This document shows, piece by piece, positions 1 to 12,600 of a stretch of DNA of 64,000 nucleotides (the stretch's first letter is position 1; each line of letters opens with the position of its first letter). Made by a program: the position numbers and the translations under genes. Below the pieces are notes generated by a model, which was given only the letters and a program-made list of their open reading frames with translations, had not been told where the DNA came from and searched no databases. Origin of the DNA: Albugo candida (Eukaryota); contig JBDOQK010000001.1 in NCBI GenBank assembly GCA_040437565.1, positions 496,001 through 560,000 of the forward strand. The letters run 5' to 3'.

Positions 1-2525
1 AACGGTACAACCAACTCTTGGATGTCGTAAGTCCACCCGTTTAGTATTTTCACTACCCAATAAGGTCCCTTCCAATGTACCATGAGCTGGATTTTTCGTC
101 GTATAACATTTCCAGATAGAACAAAATCCCCAATTTCAAAATTCACGAGGGACATGCCGTGCTTTTTGTTGTGTCTACGTCTCGCAGAGTCGTTTCTATT
201 CTGTGCCACGTCAAACACTCGTTGATGTATGACGTCCAGCGTAGCTTGAACGTCTCAATGTGCTTCAGCTGCGTGTCACTAAACCCTGTTCCGTACACGA
301 GAAAAACGGCGTATCGCTGGCTGGTACAGTACACTGATCGGATCCTTTCGCGGCAATCTAGTGAAAGCTGTTACTGAGGCAATTACACCAGGTCGACTGG
401 ATCGAAGCTGATTTAACGTTCACTGACACATGGAAGTAAATTTGGCCAATATCCGATCCGCTGTTTGCGCTTGCTCAGCAGAGACCGCATGACTTTGAGC
501 ATTTGACGATTGTTTACCTCCACCGTTCCATTTGCCCACGGGCAAAACGCCGTGACGAAATGGTGTTTAGCACCCAATAGTTTTTTAATTGCTCCATGAC
601 TTCGTTTATGCAATGGTATCCTTGATCCGATACCCTTCATAATGCCACACCATACAATTGATCCGAGACTACCTCCAAATGCGGCTTTGGCTAGGCCATA
701 GGCACATATACTGCACTGATAGCACGTAACTCCACTGTTATGCGATACTCATCGTTCGTTTTATGCTTCTTCAAATAATCCTTGTGCAAAGGTGGATACC
801 ATCTAGGGTTGATCCTTCTATTAGCCGTACTTTAAGAGGAGCGACTGACCTGATAGTTCCTCTGTCATTTCACCCGGAGCACATCTTGCAATTAAATAAA
901 CAGCTCCTTTAGACATTCTATCGACTCTGAATTTGCGCCTACTTTTTCTGCACCCCTTCCAATGTGGTTTGAATGATTTCCTTTCGGCTGCTTACTTTTC
1001 CCATTTCTCGAGTATATAAGTTGCCTCTTTTTAATCGCTGATACTATCCATGTCCTCATAAATCTTTTCTTCACAGCCGTGCAGAAACTTACACACAAGC
1101 GATTGGAGCGTCATGGCTTCTGCGCATTCCATATCATCTTTTTTATTCGTCGCTCCTTCCATGAGGGCTGCAACCGAGCACCCCATTTTCTCCATCAGTT
1201 CTCGGTCTAAAATCAGGGATAATGATTTATCCTATTCATTTACCAACGCTTCAAGATTTCTCCAGATAAATGGTCCACCTCTAGTTATGAACTCGACGCA
1301 GTTAAGTAGTTCCTTTCTTTTCACCCACAGCGGAGTAGTACCCACGTTACTTATCTTTAGGGGCGGTTTCAGCTCCTCCATGCGCAGAAACGTTTTCGGG
1401 GACAGAATATTTACCAATCCACTGATATGAGACGGCAATGAGCCTAAATCCAATAGAGTTTTGATGTTTTCTACTCCATCCGCTGTGGCCCTGACCTTCC
1501 AGCTGTTTCTACACTTCGACACTTTCTTCAGTCGTATGTTATTCTTCACTTTGTTTTCCACGGGCAATCGCCGTTGAGGCAACAGAAATTCCGCTTCAAC
1601 CGGTGCACACCACGGACAATTTCGAACAGGTGCTGCGTGCGTACTATCACACTTTAAACATTTAAATCTTTGTGACCTTCTTGTACCAAAATCTAAAGCT
1701 CTGTCGCTCTTGACTTGAGAAAAACTTCTTCGTTGCATTAATATTTCGGTTTGTCTCTTTGCTATCCTCCCTTTGATGGGTAATTCTTCATTTCGCTTCC
1801 GGCTCCCACTTTATGAAATTTGTCAGTAGGTCTTGAAACGATTTGCAGAACACCATAGGTTTTCTCGAGGTCCATTCTCATTCTTTACAAGGTTGCATTA
1901 GAACTCCGGTGGTCCCAATGCATCAAACATTCACTTGACGATTCTTTTCATATATACTTTCTCCAGGTACTCTAGTAAACCGTGCTGGTCCAGTATTCTG
2001 TAAATCTGATTCCTCAAGCTAGATATTCTCGATTCGGTATCAATTAAGGTCAAATATAACCTTACACTATGCATTTCTGCGTCTAATTTCGTTACATCAA
2101 CGCAATCAGGCTGTTCGGCTTCCCGAAATTAAGTAATCCAATTTTGTTCGGTGATGTTCCGGAATATTTTTCCATTTCAAATCTCATGAACTTATCCTTT
2201 TGTCAAACGTCCACACAGGCTGATACTGGCATTACAAATGAATTTTCCATGCATATAGGCTAGAATCGTGCTGTAACATTTTGCTATTCCTTGACAGATT
2301 CTCGCTTATCTAGACTTTCTCTTTCGTAAATCGGGTTTTCTGGAAGTTGAGGCGCGTTTGATATCCGACTGTCTCCGGAAGTTCCGCCATTTCGATGTCT
2401 TCTGTCATCCTCCGACCGCGTTCTTCGGTCTGCTCTCCAACGAGCGGTTCAGACGAATCGAATCTTCGCACCCGCGATCTTTTCGTGTTTCTTTTTCTTC
2501 TGGTGTAATTTTTCTGATTTCTTCG
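1..2525 (-). mobile_element. Degenerate, internally deleted Ty3/Gypsy retrotransposon (gag, protease, RT remnants, integrase), interrupted by a Copia insertion at 2526
   Basis: Minus-strand fragments: zinc-knuckle-like CLKCDSTH and protease-like KTLLDLGS (1232-1738), RT start PRWYPPLHKDYLKKH...YRITVELRAI (~690-810), integrase HHFVTAFCPWANGTVE (413-640), GPY/F-like HWKGPYWVV near 60-80. Many stops and frameshifts. Same family as the 9.7-15.1 kb element. Confidence 0.85.
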
Positions 2526-2768
2526 TGTTGGAAGGTCATGTGCATCGAGTGCACAGTAACCACCACCGTGAAGCGACAGTGACTCTTACGACCGCGAAGA
2601 TTTGTCAGAAGGAACCAGAACGACTGCAAGAGTTCGCCGAAAAAAAACGTTTTTACTGTGAAGGGTCGCATTGTGCGTAATTAGGAACTCCTTCCAACTA
2701 CATTTAATGCATGTATTCCCCATTCTACTCTGTTTATACTATCGTGCAGACCTTAGAGTTTGTCAACA
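2526..2768 (+). repeat. Copia 5' LTR
   Basis: TGTTGG...TCAACA; aligns without gaps to 8157-8399 at ~83% identity (hand count). Confidence 0.92.
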
Positions 2769-4284
2769 GGTTATGAGCTCAAGTTCAATGAATTGGTAAA
2801 GAGAGCGTGACGATAGCACGACAACACATAGTCCACGCAAGTAGGACGGTTCACGAATGGGTCCAACAAGGGGATCAAGATGGAAGGACGGGTCACAGCA
2901 CAGATGGGGTATGCCGAAGAAAAGAGTGAAGATATATCGTCGCCAGAGTACCAGGCGGCAGCTTTTGCGAGAATGCTCAAATTGAGGCTCGGCAAAATGA
3001 GATCATCGTTTGTAAGCGCTCCCCCGTAGTCGCCTTCTCTACCAGCGGAGATCCCTCACACAGCACCGTGAAGTCAAGGACCGGCCACGACTGTTCGTGC
3101 AGTGTCTGAGCTTGGTGGAGGACTCACACTGAATGATCTTAGTGACAGTGAATTTAGAGCAAGAAGTGTCTTCAAGGGTATAGAAGAGAACACGCCTAAC
3201 TTGGCACCGCCGGGACCGATCAAGATTCCCGAACTCATGATAAACAAATCCACAGGAGAAGAGCAATATGCAAGTCTCGGCACAGTTTTCAAGATGTGGG
3301 GTTATGAAGTCCTCGAAGCGATCGAGATGGCCGAGATTCAGAGTCAATTTGCGTGGGGAAAACGCCTGAAAGTAAACAAGCTGGGGGAATACATGGCGCC
3401 AAACAGTGTGGCTGCATCGTATTTCCAAGCCAAAGTGAGGACATCGTGGGCGGTCAATTTGACGTTTTACCACTCACTCGACCAGCTGTACCAAGCGTTC
3501 AAGGTGAGCATTACGCACCAACAGGCCGCCGCATTGTTTGCGAGTGAAAAAAACAGTTCGCGCTCGTGAAACCAGCATCTCTTATACCTTACCGCATTGA
3601 GTCAAGGAAGCGAGTTATACGAAAGACTCGTCGTGGAAAACATTGTCAAGTACGCGGCGCCGCACCTCAAAATTGCGATGATGGTGCGATACCAACCAAG
3701 TCACACGGACTAACTCACCCATGCACAAAAGCTCATTGCATGGACACAAGATATTGAGGACGATGGAAAAATGGATAATAGAATGACCAAGAGCATAGTC
3801 AGTGCAGTGGGACATGGCAATGTTCAAGGTCACTCCCAAGGTGAAGACAGAAAGTGTTTCAACTGCGGCAAGCGAGGACATTTGGCGAGAAAGTGCCTTA
3901 AATCAAGAAAAGACGATAGCCGCGGGAAAGCTAATTTTGTAGTGGCTGCATGTGAGCACCCGGAGAGACAGCGAACAAGCTATCTACGTTTTTGACGTCA
4001 CCGAAGGGAATTCGAATATGTGGGTGGTTGACAGCGAGGCAAGAAGACATCTCGTCCAAGAGCCTGGCTTGCTTCACGATGCCATGGAATGTAATGAATA
4101 TGATAGAGTCCTGCTGCCTGATGGAGGTGTGCTCAAGGTGGCTAAACGAGGATCTGTGGTGCTACATGGAATTACGAATGGAACAAAGACCCAGATCACG
4201 CTTCATGACGTATATCACGCGCACAAGCTGGCTAGAAACCTCATTTCCATGAACAAGTTGTTTGCAAAAGGGTGTTCACTTACT

Positions 4285-4716
4285 TTGTCAAGGATTTCAT
4301 TACACTGTTTATCTGGTTCTTTAACTACCTTCCTTATCCTATCATGAGCCCCTATTTGTGTGAATATCACTTAAGTCTGACTTCAAACCTGGGGAGGCAG
4401 ATATTTTCCAAGCTTATTGCTTGGGTGGGCTCAAACCGCTGCCCACACTGCCGGGGATCNNNNNNNNNNNNNNNNNNNNNNNNNNNNNNNNNNNNNNNNN
4501 NNNNNNNNNNNNNNNNNNNNNNNNNNNNNNNNNNNNNNNNNNNNNNNNNNNNNNNNNNNCCAGAAAATAACTGTACAGGAGTTGGACCGGGCTCTTCAGA
4601 GCGTTACATACTAGTGATTAGAATACAGTAGATAAACACCAAACTGTAGTAACAGAAAGGTGTCTAAATAAAAGTACTACGGGCAAACACCCTTAACTGA
4701 GCTGGGTACGGATCCC
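4285..4716 (-). mobile_element. tRNA-derived SINE, copy 1 (spans an N gap and carries a nested unrelated segment)
   Basis: Perfect 16-bp TSD AGGGTGTTCACTTACT (4269-4284, 4717-4732); sequence matches the copies at 13178 and 60882. Confidence 0.85.
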
Positions 4717-5440
4717 AGGGTGTTCACTTACTACGTAAGGTGATGTGATGTACATGCAGCTAGGAAAAAAACCTCTGCTCGATTTTCGAACTGAGTATGG
4801 CGTATTTGTGGTAGATTCAACTTCAAGTACGTCGATAATGATGTCAAAGGGACTTAATGAGATTGTGATGACGATAATTCAAGATACGGGACCAGCAACA
4901 GATGTACAGAAGGGATCGCTGCACCATTTTCATCGTCGTCTTAGACACATAGCTTACAATACCGTGGGGCGTATGGCCAAAGCTTCTGATTACGGTATTG
5001 AACTTACTGATCACGTGCGTGCAAAATGTATCACTTGCACTGAAGCCAAGGGCAGCAGAACATAACAGGCCGAGAAAGACTCGGGTGCAAATGCACCAAC
5101 GGACCGCATCGGTGGTGTGATCTGTAGTGATCTAAAAGGACCGATCACCCAAAAGAACGTCGTGGAAACAGATATTCGGTCGTGTTCAGCGACTACAAGT
5201 CAAATTACGTGCGTGTATTTGCGGTACGGCAGAAAAATGCTGTGGCCAAGATGTTCGAGCATTTTTTGCGTGGTTTGAAAAAAGATTTAATTGCCGCGTC
5301 TGCGTCCTGCGCACTGACTGCGGAGGATAATATGAAGTGGTAAGTCTTTTCTGCAAACATACAGGTGTGCGACATCAAGTAACAGAAACAGATACTTCAC
5401 AATCTAACGGGAAAGCGGAACACATGAACCCCACCATCCA

Positions 5441-5794
5441 CTCTCGACAAGCGTTTTTATGATGGGTTTGGTGTATGGTTTCGACGAGCACGAACTGTTC
5501 GTGGTCGACTACTGGTTGCGCAGACGATGATTTTATCACGTTTGTGGCATTACACGATGCACGTAGACATACCAGCAGCGACAATTCNNNNNNNNNNNNN
5601 NNNNNNNNNNNNNNNNNNNNNNNNNNNNNNNNNNNNNNNNNNNNNNNNNNNNNNNNNNNNNNNNNNNNNNNNNNNNNNNNNNNNNNNACAGGTATTTCAC
5701 GAAACGTTTTTTATATGTATATATGTTATTTAAGATAGACTAGGCAACTAGAGAAGTCAGTTAGTCTAATTCTAGTAATATAGACACCTTCAAC
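5441..5794 (+). mobile_element. 5'-truncated non-LTR retroelement-like insertion inside the Copia integrase (spans a gap)
   Basis: Perfect 16-bp TSD TGAACCCCACCATCCA (5425-5440, 5795-5810); the 3' ~105 bp recurs inverted at ~61301-61406. Confidence 0.7.
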
Positions 5795-8156
5795 TGAACC
5801 CCACCATCCAACCGCATCATCTTCAACATGGTGCGATCCTCGATCTTTGGTTCAGGTCTAGCGCTGATGTACTGGAGCGAGTACGCTGCTTACATTTTCA
5901 ATCAGAGTCCGACTCGAGCAAATTTGAAGCGTGCGTCGCCGATTGAAGTACTCACCGGTCGGGCACCGAGTTTACAGGTAGTCGTTGTGTTCGGGTTTCC
6001 GTGTATGGTTTGTCGGGATCCTAAAGAGAATACAATTGTGCGTCATGCAGAGGAGTCAATGATCCTGGGTATAAGCGAGGAAACAGAAGGATACGAGGTG
6101 TATCTAATCAAACATAATGTCGTAAAGACGACTAGATGCATCACCAACATCGAGGCACTCGATAATGCGGCGAATGAACAAATTCAACGTGCAGTTCATG
6201 ATGGCAGAGCACAAGAGCATGAATATGTGCAAAAGAGAGCGAAAGTGAGCATCAAGTGGCCGAGGAAACTGATGCGCAGCCGAAGGATATGCCGCCATCA
6301 GGTCCAGGTGATCACAGCGCAAACGTACGAAATCAAAAAGCAAGCCGAGGTAGAGGAGCATGGTGAAGGAAGTAGCATGGAAGCACGAGAAAAGGTCAGC
6401 TCACTCAGATGTTTATATCAAGGATAATGCATCAATGTCGAAAAACTGAAAACGAGTGCCGATGAGTTGCAAGTGTCGGATCCAGTGCTTATGGCGTTCG
6501 CAGTGCTTCTTGTGGAACAAGCACATGACAGATAGCTCCCGACACCAGACCGAAAAAATTATGGGGCAGGCGTCGTGGACCTGACAGTGCCAGGTGGGCG
6601 TTTGCTGAGCAAGAGGAACTTGCGTCACAAACCGTGGACGGTGATCAAATGTCCAAAAAACGCGATCCCCATCCCAACCAAGTGGGTTTATAAAACCAAG
6701 ATGAGGACAAACGGGACTGTGGAAAGATACAAGGCGAGACTGGCCGGTTGCGGCGACAAGCATATATTTGGTGTGAATTAAAATCTCACATTCTCTACGG
6801 TGATGCCGACAGGAAATGCATTTGTCATTTTTACGTTTTCACGGATGTGGGGGGTTCCGGCTAGTCATGGTGACGTTTCAAGCGCGTACCCGGGAGCTTT
6901 TACGGAGCCAGAGTACGAAATCCACTTGATAATTCTCGATGGAATGAAAGTGACCCACGACACCCTATACCGACTTGGAGTAACGGAACCTGATGAATTG
7001 GTGCTTCTTCTAGGTAGAAGTCAATAGGGATTAAAACAGGCAGGAAGACATTGGAATCAACTGTTGTACGACACGCTGCTCAAGATTGATTTCGTGCAAA
7101 GCATTAATGACCCGTGCAATTTTATAAGGCCGACGAGGATGGTATGACTACTGTCAGGGTCTATGCGGATGACCTGCTAATTACAGACACGACAGTGGAA
7201 CGCATTGATAATTTCTTACTGACATGAAGGTGCTTGCTGAAGGATCTCGGTATTGTTAAGAAGTTCCTAGGAATGAGGATTTCATGGACAAAATGGAGGC
7301 TATTGTATCGACCATGAGTAAACTATTGAAGAAGTGCTCGAAAAAAATGGTCTGGCTGGAGCGAACCCGATATGAGTACCGATATCTGAAGTGCAAGTAG
7401 TCGAAAGGAGATAACGAGCTGCTGATAGAAAAAACTGCGATATTGCATCGAGTACCGACTAACAAGGATTTTCAGTCTCTAGTTGAGATCTTGCTATGGG
7501 TATCGCACTGCACGCGTCCAGAAATTTCGTTTGCGGTGCACAGAACGACTAGACAACGTCACGCACCAATGTTGCAAGATTATAAACTTCCAAAAAAGAT
7601 TGCAAGATACTTGAAGGGAACGAAAGGTCTAAAGCTGCATTTGCGTGAAGTCAGCGAGCCTCAATCGCCCATCAGGATTGTCGGCTTTAGTGATGCGGCC
7701 TTCGCGGCTGACAATGAAGATCGAAAGTCTGTGAGTGCAGGTGTGGAGGTTGTGAATTGAATTACCGTAGGGTGGCACCGCAACAAGCAAGCTTCTGCGG
7801 CTCAGTCGACAGCAGAAGCGGAGTTCGTCGCTACGGCAGTCGGAGGACGTGAGGCGCTGGGATTGGACGAAGAGATCGGTCAAGGAGTGAGGACAACTGT
7901 GGTGCTCAAGATTGATAACCAATCTGCAGTGAAGTAAATCGAAAATGAGGCGAGCTCAGTCAGCACGAAGCATGTGGATGTAAAGCTTACATTCTTATGT
8001 GATTACGCCAAGAAGTAGACGATCAAGCCAGCATGTTAATGTGCGAACACGAACGTCGCCGATTTACTGACAGAGGTGCTGCCAGCTCCAAGGATTCAAG
8101 AATTGCGTTTTCTCTCATAGGTCTGAATTGATGTTTATCAAGGCACCGGGAAGGAG

Positions 8157-8399
8157 TGCTGGAAGATCATGCGCATCGAGTTCACAGTAACCGCCGCCGT
8201 GAAGAGATAGTGACTCTTACGACCGTGAAGATTTGCCGAAAGGAAACAGATCGGCTGCGAGGAGCCGCGAGAGAAAAACTTATTTACTGTGACGGGTCGC
8301 AGTGTGCGTAATTAGGAATTCCTTCTAACTACATTTAATACATTTATTTCCCATTCTACTCTGTTGTTAACATCGTGCAGACCTTTCAGTTTGCCAGCA
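8157..8399 (+). repeat. Copia 3' LTR
   Basis: TGCTGG...CCAGCA, preceded by GGGAAGGAG and followed by TSD CTTCG. Confidence 0.92.
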
Positions 8400-8620
8400 C
8401 TTCGTACATATCTTCGTTTGTGCTCATGATCTTCACGAATATCCAACTTTGTTTTATTTCAGACTTACTTTCAAGAAAACTGCAACGAACTAAAATTAAC
8501 TTTGATCGCCGACGACGTCGGGGTTTTTTGACTCCGATGACTGCAAATCAAAAGTATATTAATTTTACCGGTTTTATGGAGAGATATGAAAGATATGCGT
8601 GACCTAACCTTGTGTTGGTT
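8400..8620 (-). mobile_element. 5' portion (gag start and leader) of the Gypsy element split by the Copia
   Basis: Removing the Copia and one TSD restores the reading frame MSTNEDMYE/EIRKITPEEKETRKDR on the minus strand. Upstream boundary is approximate. Confidence 0.7.
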
Positions 8621-8899
8621 ATCGAACGCATCAGACCGTTAAGGTCATGAATCACCAGTTCAAAGGTGATGCGCTCATCAAAGAGTGAGCCAAGAAAAGG
8701 GATTATAAATTATCCCAGGTCATTTCCGCTATGTCAATCTGCGATAAACCAGATACCATCCCCTCGACTGGAGGGATTACCCCAGTAATGGCTTTAACTG
8801 CGTTGCCACAGAAAGACCGATCAGCGTTCTGTATATTTTTATACGAATTTGTGTTATTTTAGAATGGAAAATAAAAAATAAGCCATCAGAAATACAAGG

Positions 8900-9685
8900 C
8901 ATAGCCGCGTTTACCGAACATGAAACAAATTACACTACAGCGCCAACACACGTCAGAATTCCAGTGCACACTGATGGTTATGCACAAAAAGGTTTCCGAA
9001 GCTTCCCGAAAAAAGAATGAAGCTGCACGGCGCATTATGCATAAGAACATGGCGCAAAGTTCGAAATTGGCGATTTCGTGCTGTCGANNNNNNNNNNNNN
9101 NNNNNNNNNNNNNNNNNNNNNNNNNNNNNNNNNNNNNNNNNNNNNNNNNNNNNNNNNNNNNNNNNNNNNNNNNNNNNNNNNNNNNNNGTCAGAATTCCAG
9201 TGCACACTGATGGTTATGCACAAAAAGGTTTCCGAAGCTTCCCGAAAAAAGAATGAAGCTGCACGGCGCATTATGCATAAGAACATGGCGCAAAGTTCGA
9301 AATTGGCGATTTCGTGCTGTCGACGAGTGTTACAGGCGTGTTAACAATTTGATGCTTCAGCGGAAAGGGCCCTACCGAGGGGTGGCGATGTTCAATGGAT
9401 GAACTAATGACGTACAATAGCTGGTAAATCCACTCAGTATCTTATAATACATGTTGGCAGATTATAGTTTTTTCGATAAAATCATTCGAGAGGTTTGCAA
9501 GGGTTGACGGACTATGTCGTGTACGCAAACGGAGGGTATTTGGAGAGCCGGTTATTGGATTGTCGATTAATTTCTGATATCCATCAATGGGAGGTACTCG
9601 TGCAATTGACTGGATTAGAATAACGGAGAATAGCTGAAAGTCAGTTCATGGAGGATGTCCTGATCTCATTCAGAAGGCGGGTAGC
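8900..9685 (+). mobile_element. 3' end of a Gypsy/chromovirus pol (integrase C-terminus, GPY motif, chromodomain remnant)
   Basis: MHKKVSEASRKKNEAARR, FEIGDFVL, RKGPYR and DYVVYANGGYL...WEVLVQ parallel 14456-14900 of the next element. Confidence 0.75.
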
Positions 9686-12600
9686 TGTTGGGATCTGAAT
9701 TCCTTGTTTCCCGTACAAAGTGAGCATTCGTTAGTGAAGGTAGAACAAACCCGAGTAGCTTAATCACAGCAGTTATAGAATGCCTAATACATATATCTTT
9801 TTGCTTGATATTTGCGGTGATCAACACGGACAAGAAACTACAATCGCGGAAGCTGTCGGTGACTACTATCGTCGAAACATAAAGACAAACCAAAGTTAGC
9901 TTTAGTTCAACTGGGCTCGAGGTTCGACGATGAGCAACGAGCCCGTGTATACGGATCTTGAAGCTTTCGCGTCGGATTCGGAGGAGATGACTGCGCGTCA
10001 GGAATAAAGAAGATCAGACCCAGCAGGACCTTTAGTTGATAATTTGACTGAGGAAAGTGTTCGACGTTTAACGGGGGATGTGGATATGATGAACGTATCA
10101 GGGGATAATCACATCTCAAATGCACCGCACTTCAGGGTACGTTGATGCTTGGACGCGGGCGCAAATCATCAAATTCAAAATTTTGAACAAACAGAAGCGG
10201 TGGTGGGGGAGGATTGGATCAATTATTTCAATGAATCTATTGCAACGTAATCGTTAGAGTTAGGTAAGATTAATCATTCAATGAAGAAGTTCAAGATGGA
10301 CAAACTATAAATGGATGCTGGATCTCTTATGTCGCGACTTCGAAATCAGATCTTCCGCGCATTGGAGGATGAGGGTCTACAAATTGGATAGCTGAAGGTT
10401 TGGATTCTATGGCTTCCAAAAACAAGATCTTGGACAAGCTGGAGATGGATACCAATAAACATTTGAAAAAAATCCTGTGACGTCCCACCAATGGTTTCTA
10501 GGACAATTGAGAAGATTTATGGGATGGGAACCTGAGGCAACCCATTTGGGTTCAATATGTAATGTTGTATCTACGAAAACACGATTGTCTTCTGCTCAGC
10601 AACGACGTGTAAGTGTTTATAATCATAATCCTAAAGAAGAGGAAAATGGGCTACGAGTCTCAAATTTGGGTCCGCCTCATACCAGAATTTGAAGGATTGA
10701 AATGTTAAATCACAAAATATTCAGTCAAAAGGCTCCCGCGGCGTGCATCAGGCAAACAGGAAGCTCTCCTTAGGAACAGAAAAAGCAATCGTGAAGAATA
10801 TTCTCCCGAAGCATCGAACATGAAGAAATCTCCTTTAGTGAAAAGGGGGAGTTCTTCGCTAGCGGGATTGGGAGACGTGTCGTAATGAAAGGCAGTTGTT
10901 CTTGTGAGCCGATAGATCACACAGATGAAGATAAATACGCTCGTAGAAACGCCAATCTGGGTAAAGCGTCGGGTTATGATGGATTAGGTGAAAATTGTCT
11001 ACGTTGAGTGGACCTTTAATCTAGAGACATCCGGAGGTGATGTTAAACGAAAAAGACAAATCGCTGACGCTATTGATTGATTGAGGCAGGATGAAGTTGA
11101 TGCGATATTCCGCCGATGCTATTTTGGGAGAGGCAAGACAAAGAAAACATATATGGGACGCTTCGGAGATCAAATACAGTACTGATGGCAATATCCGTTC
11201 ATGTCGTGTACTGGAATAATGCGGCCAGGCGTGCTATGTCAACGACAACATCGATCTAAATGAGAGAAAAACTTATGTGATGTTAGCGGAGGTGGTCAAG
11301 GCTGGAACCCAAAGAAATGCTATCAAGGAAGTTCTCGAGTCAAAATTTGTCGAAGCAAGAAAAAAGGGAGCTAGATGGGAATCAATTTCACGACTGACGT
11401 TATTACTTTACCGATATCATGATCATTTCTGGTGGAGTTCGCAGCGGGACCCCAGTCGAAGTCCTTCCCCTCAAGGTTTAAATAAAGGAAGGAATTGAAC
11501 CGGTGATGGCGAGATCCAGACGCTATCCGCCGTTACGCTGAGATTTTCTGAAGCAGCATATATCCAGTCTGGAAGAACACAACTTGATGTATCGGAATTC
11601 CGACTCAAGATGGGGTAGCGCAACTCGAAATGCTGCAATGGAAGCTATCGAAGGACGGTGGATCTGCGTGCGGTAAACGCTCTCATAATTCCAATGGCAT
11701 GTCCAATGCCGCACTTGATAGTGCTTCTCAAGAGTCTCGTTGGATCACGCTTTCATTTTTAGCTGGATAGTTTTGGTTTCTACGGGCAACTACCGCTTCA
11801 TGAAAGCAGTCGGGCTTATTTTACTGTGGTAACACCTGAAAGACCTAATACGGGAAATCGAGTTATTGTGAGTTCAACAGAGGCTGTCGCTTCTGCACAT
11901 CAGGTGGCTGAACGAGTATCGAAACCCGTCATCAATTAGGCTTTTTAAGTATGGCTGGATGAAATTTTAGGTTGAGAAGTGGAACTTCTTGATATTTTGG
12001 AGAGCGTTCTTGAAAGATGTGAAAACTTCGGTGTGAAGCTCCATCCAAATAGTTTTTTTTTCTCTCTCGAAACTGCGTGGTGGGGAAAGAAGATTACAGG
12101 GAATGGATTGAGTCATTACGCCGACCGGATACAGGAATGATGCGAATTGGTACAGCCAATCATTGCGGCAGATCTTCAGCAATTCCATTGTGTGTTGAAT
12201 TGGATGCGGAACAATATATCAAACTACTCGACGCTGGTACAAAACCTCCAAAATTGGTTGGTTGAGAACGGCGAGAAGCAGAAAGAAAATAAAGCTGGTG
12301 CAAGTTCGATTAGATGAACATGAATGAGGACCACCGCATGATGAGTGTTTTCAGCTGATAAAGGATGCACTCTGCGCGATGGTACCGATGGCACACCCGA
12401 AAGGGTACTGGGAAGTATGTGTCTATAAGGACGCCTTTAAAGATCACTGGGGAGAAATTGTCACTCAAGTGGCACCGGAAGAGCTGGAGCCACTCAGCGA
12501 GCAAGTACATGTACCACTCGCATCTATAAGTGGGTCTTGCAAAGGAGCCGCTGCAAGTTGGTCAACCGTAGAGAAGGAATGTTTAGTCATTGTGGAGACG

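Larger units (their letters stand above)
2526..8399 (+). mobile_element. Full-length degenerate Ty1/Copia LTR retrotransposon
   Basis: Two 243-bp TG...CA LTRs (2526-2768, 8157-8399), 5-bp TSD CTTCG (2521-2525, 8400-8404), PBS GGTTATGAGCTC after the 5' LTR and a purine tract before the 3' LTR. Domains in Copia order: CFNCGKRGHLARKC knuckle, protease WVVDSEARRH, HRRLRHI pre-integrase, integrase, RT TKWVYKTK/YKARL/YADD, RNase H FSDAAFAADNEDRKSVS. Confidence 0.95.
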
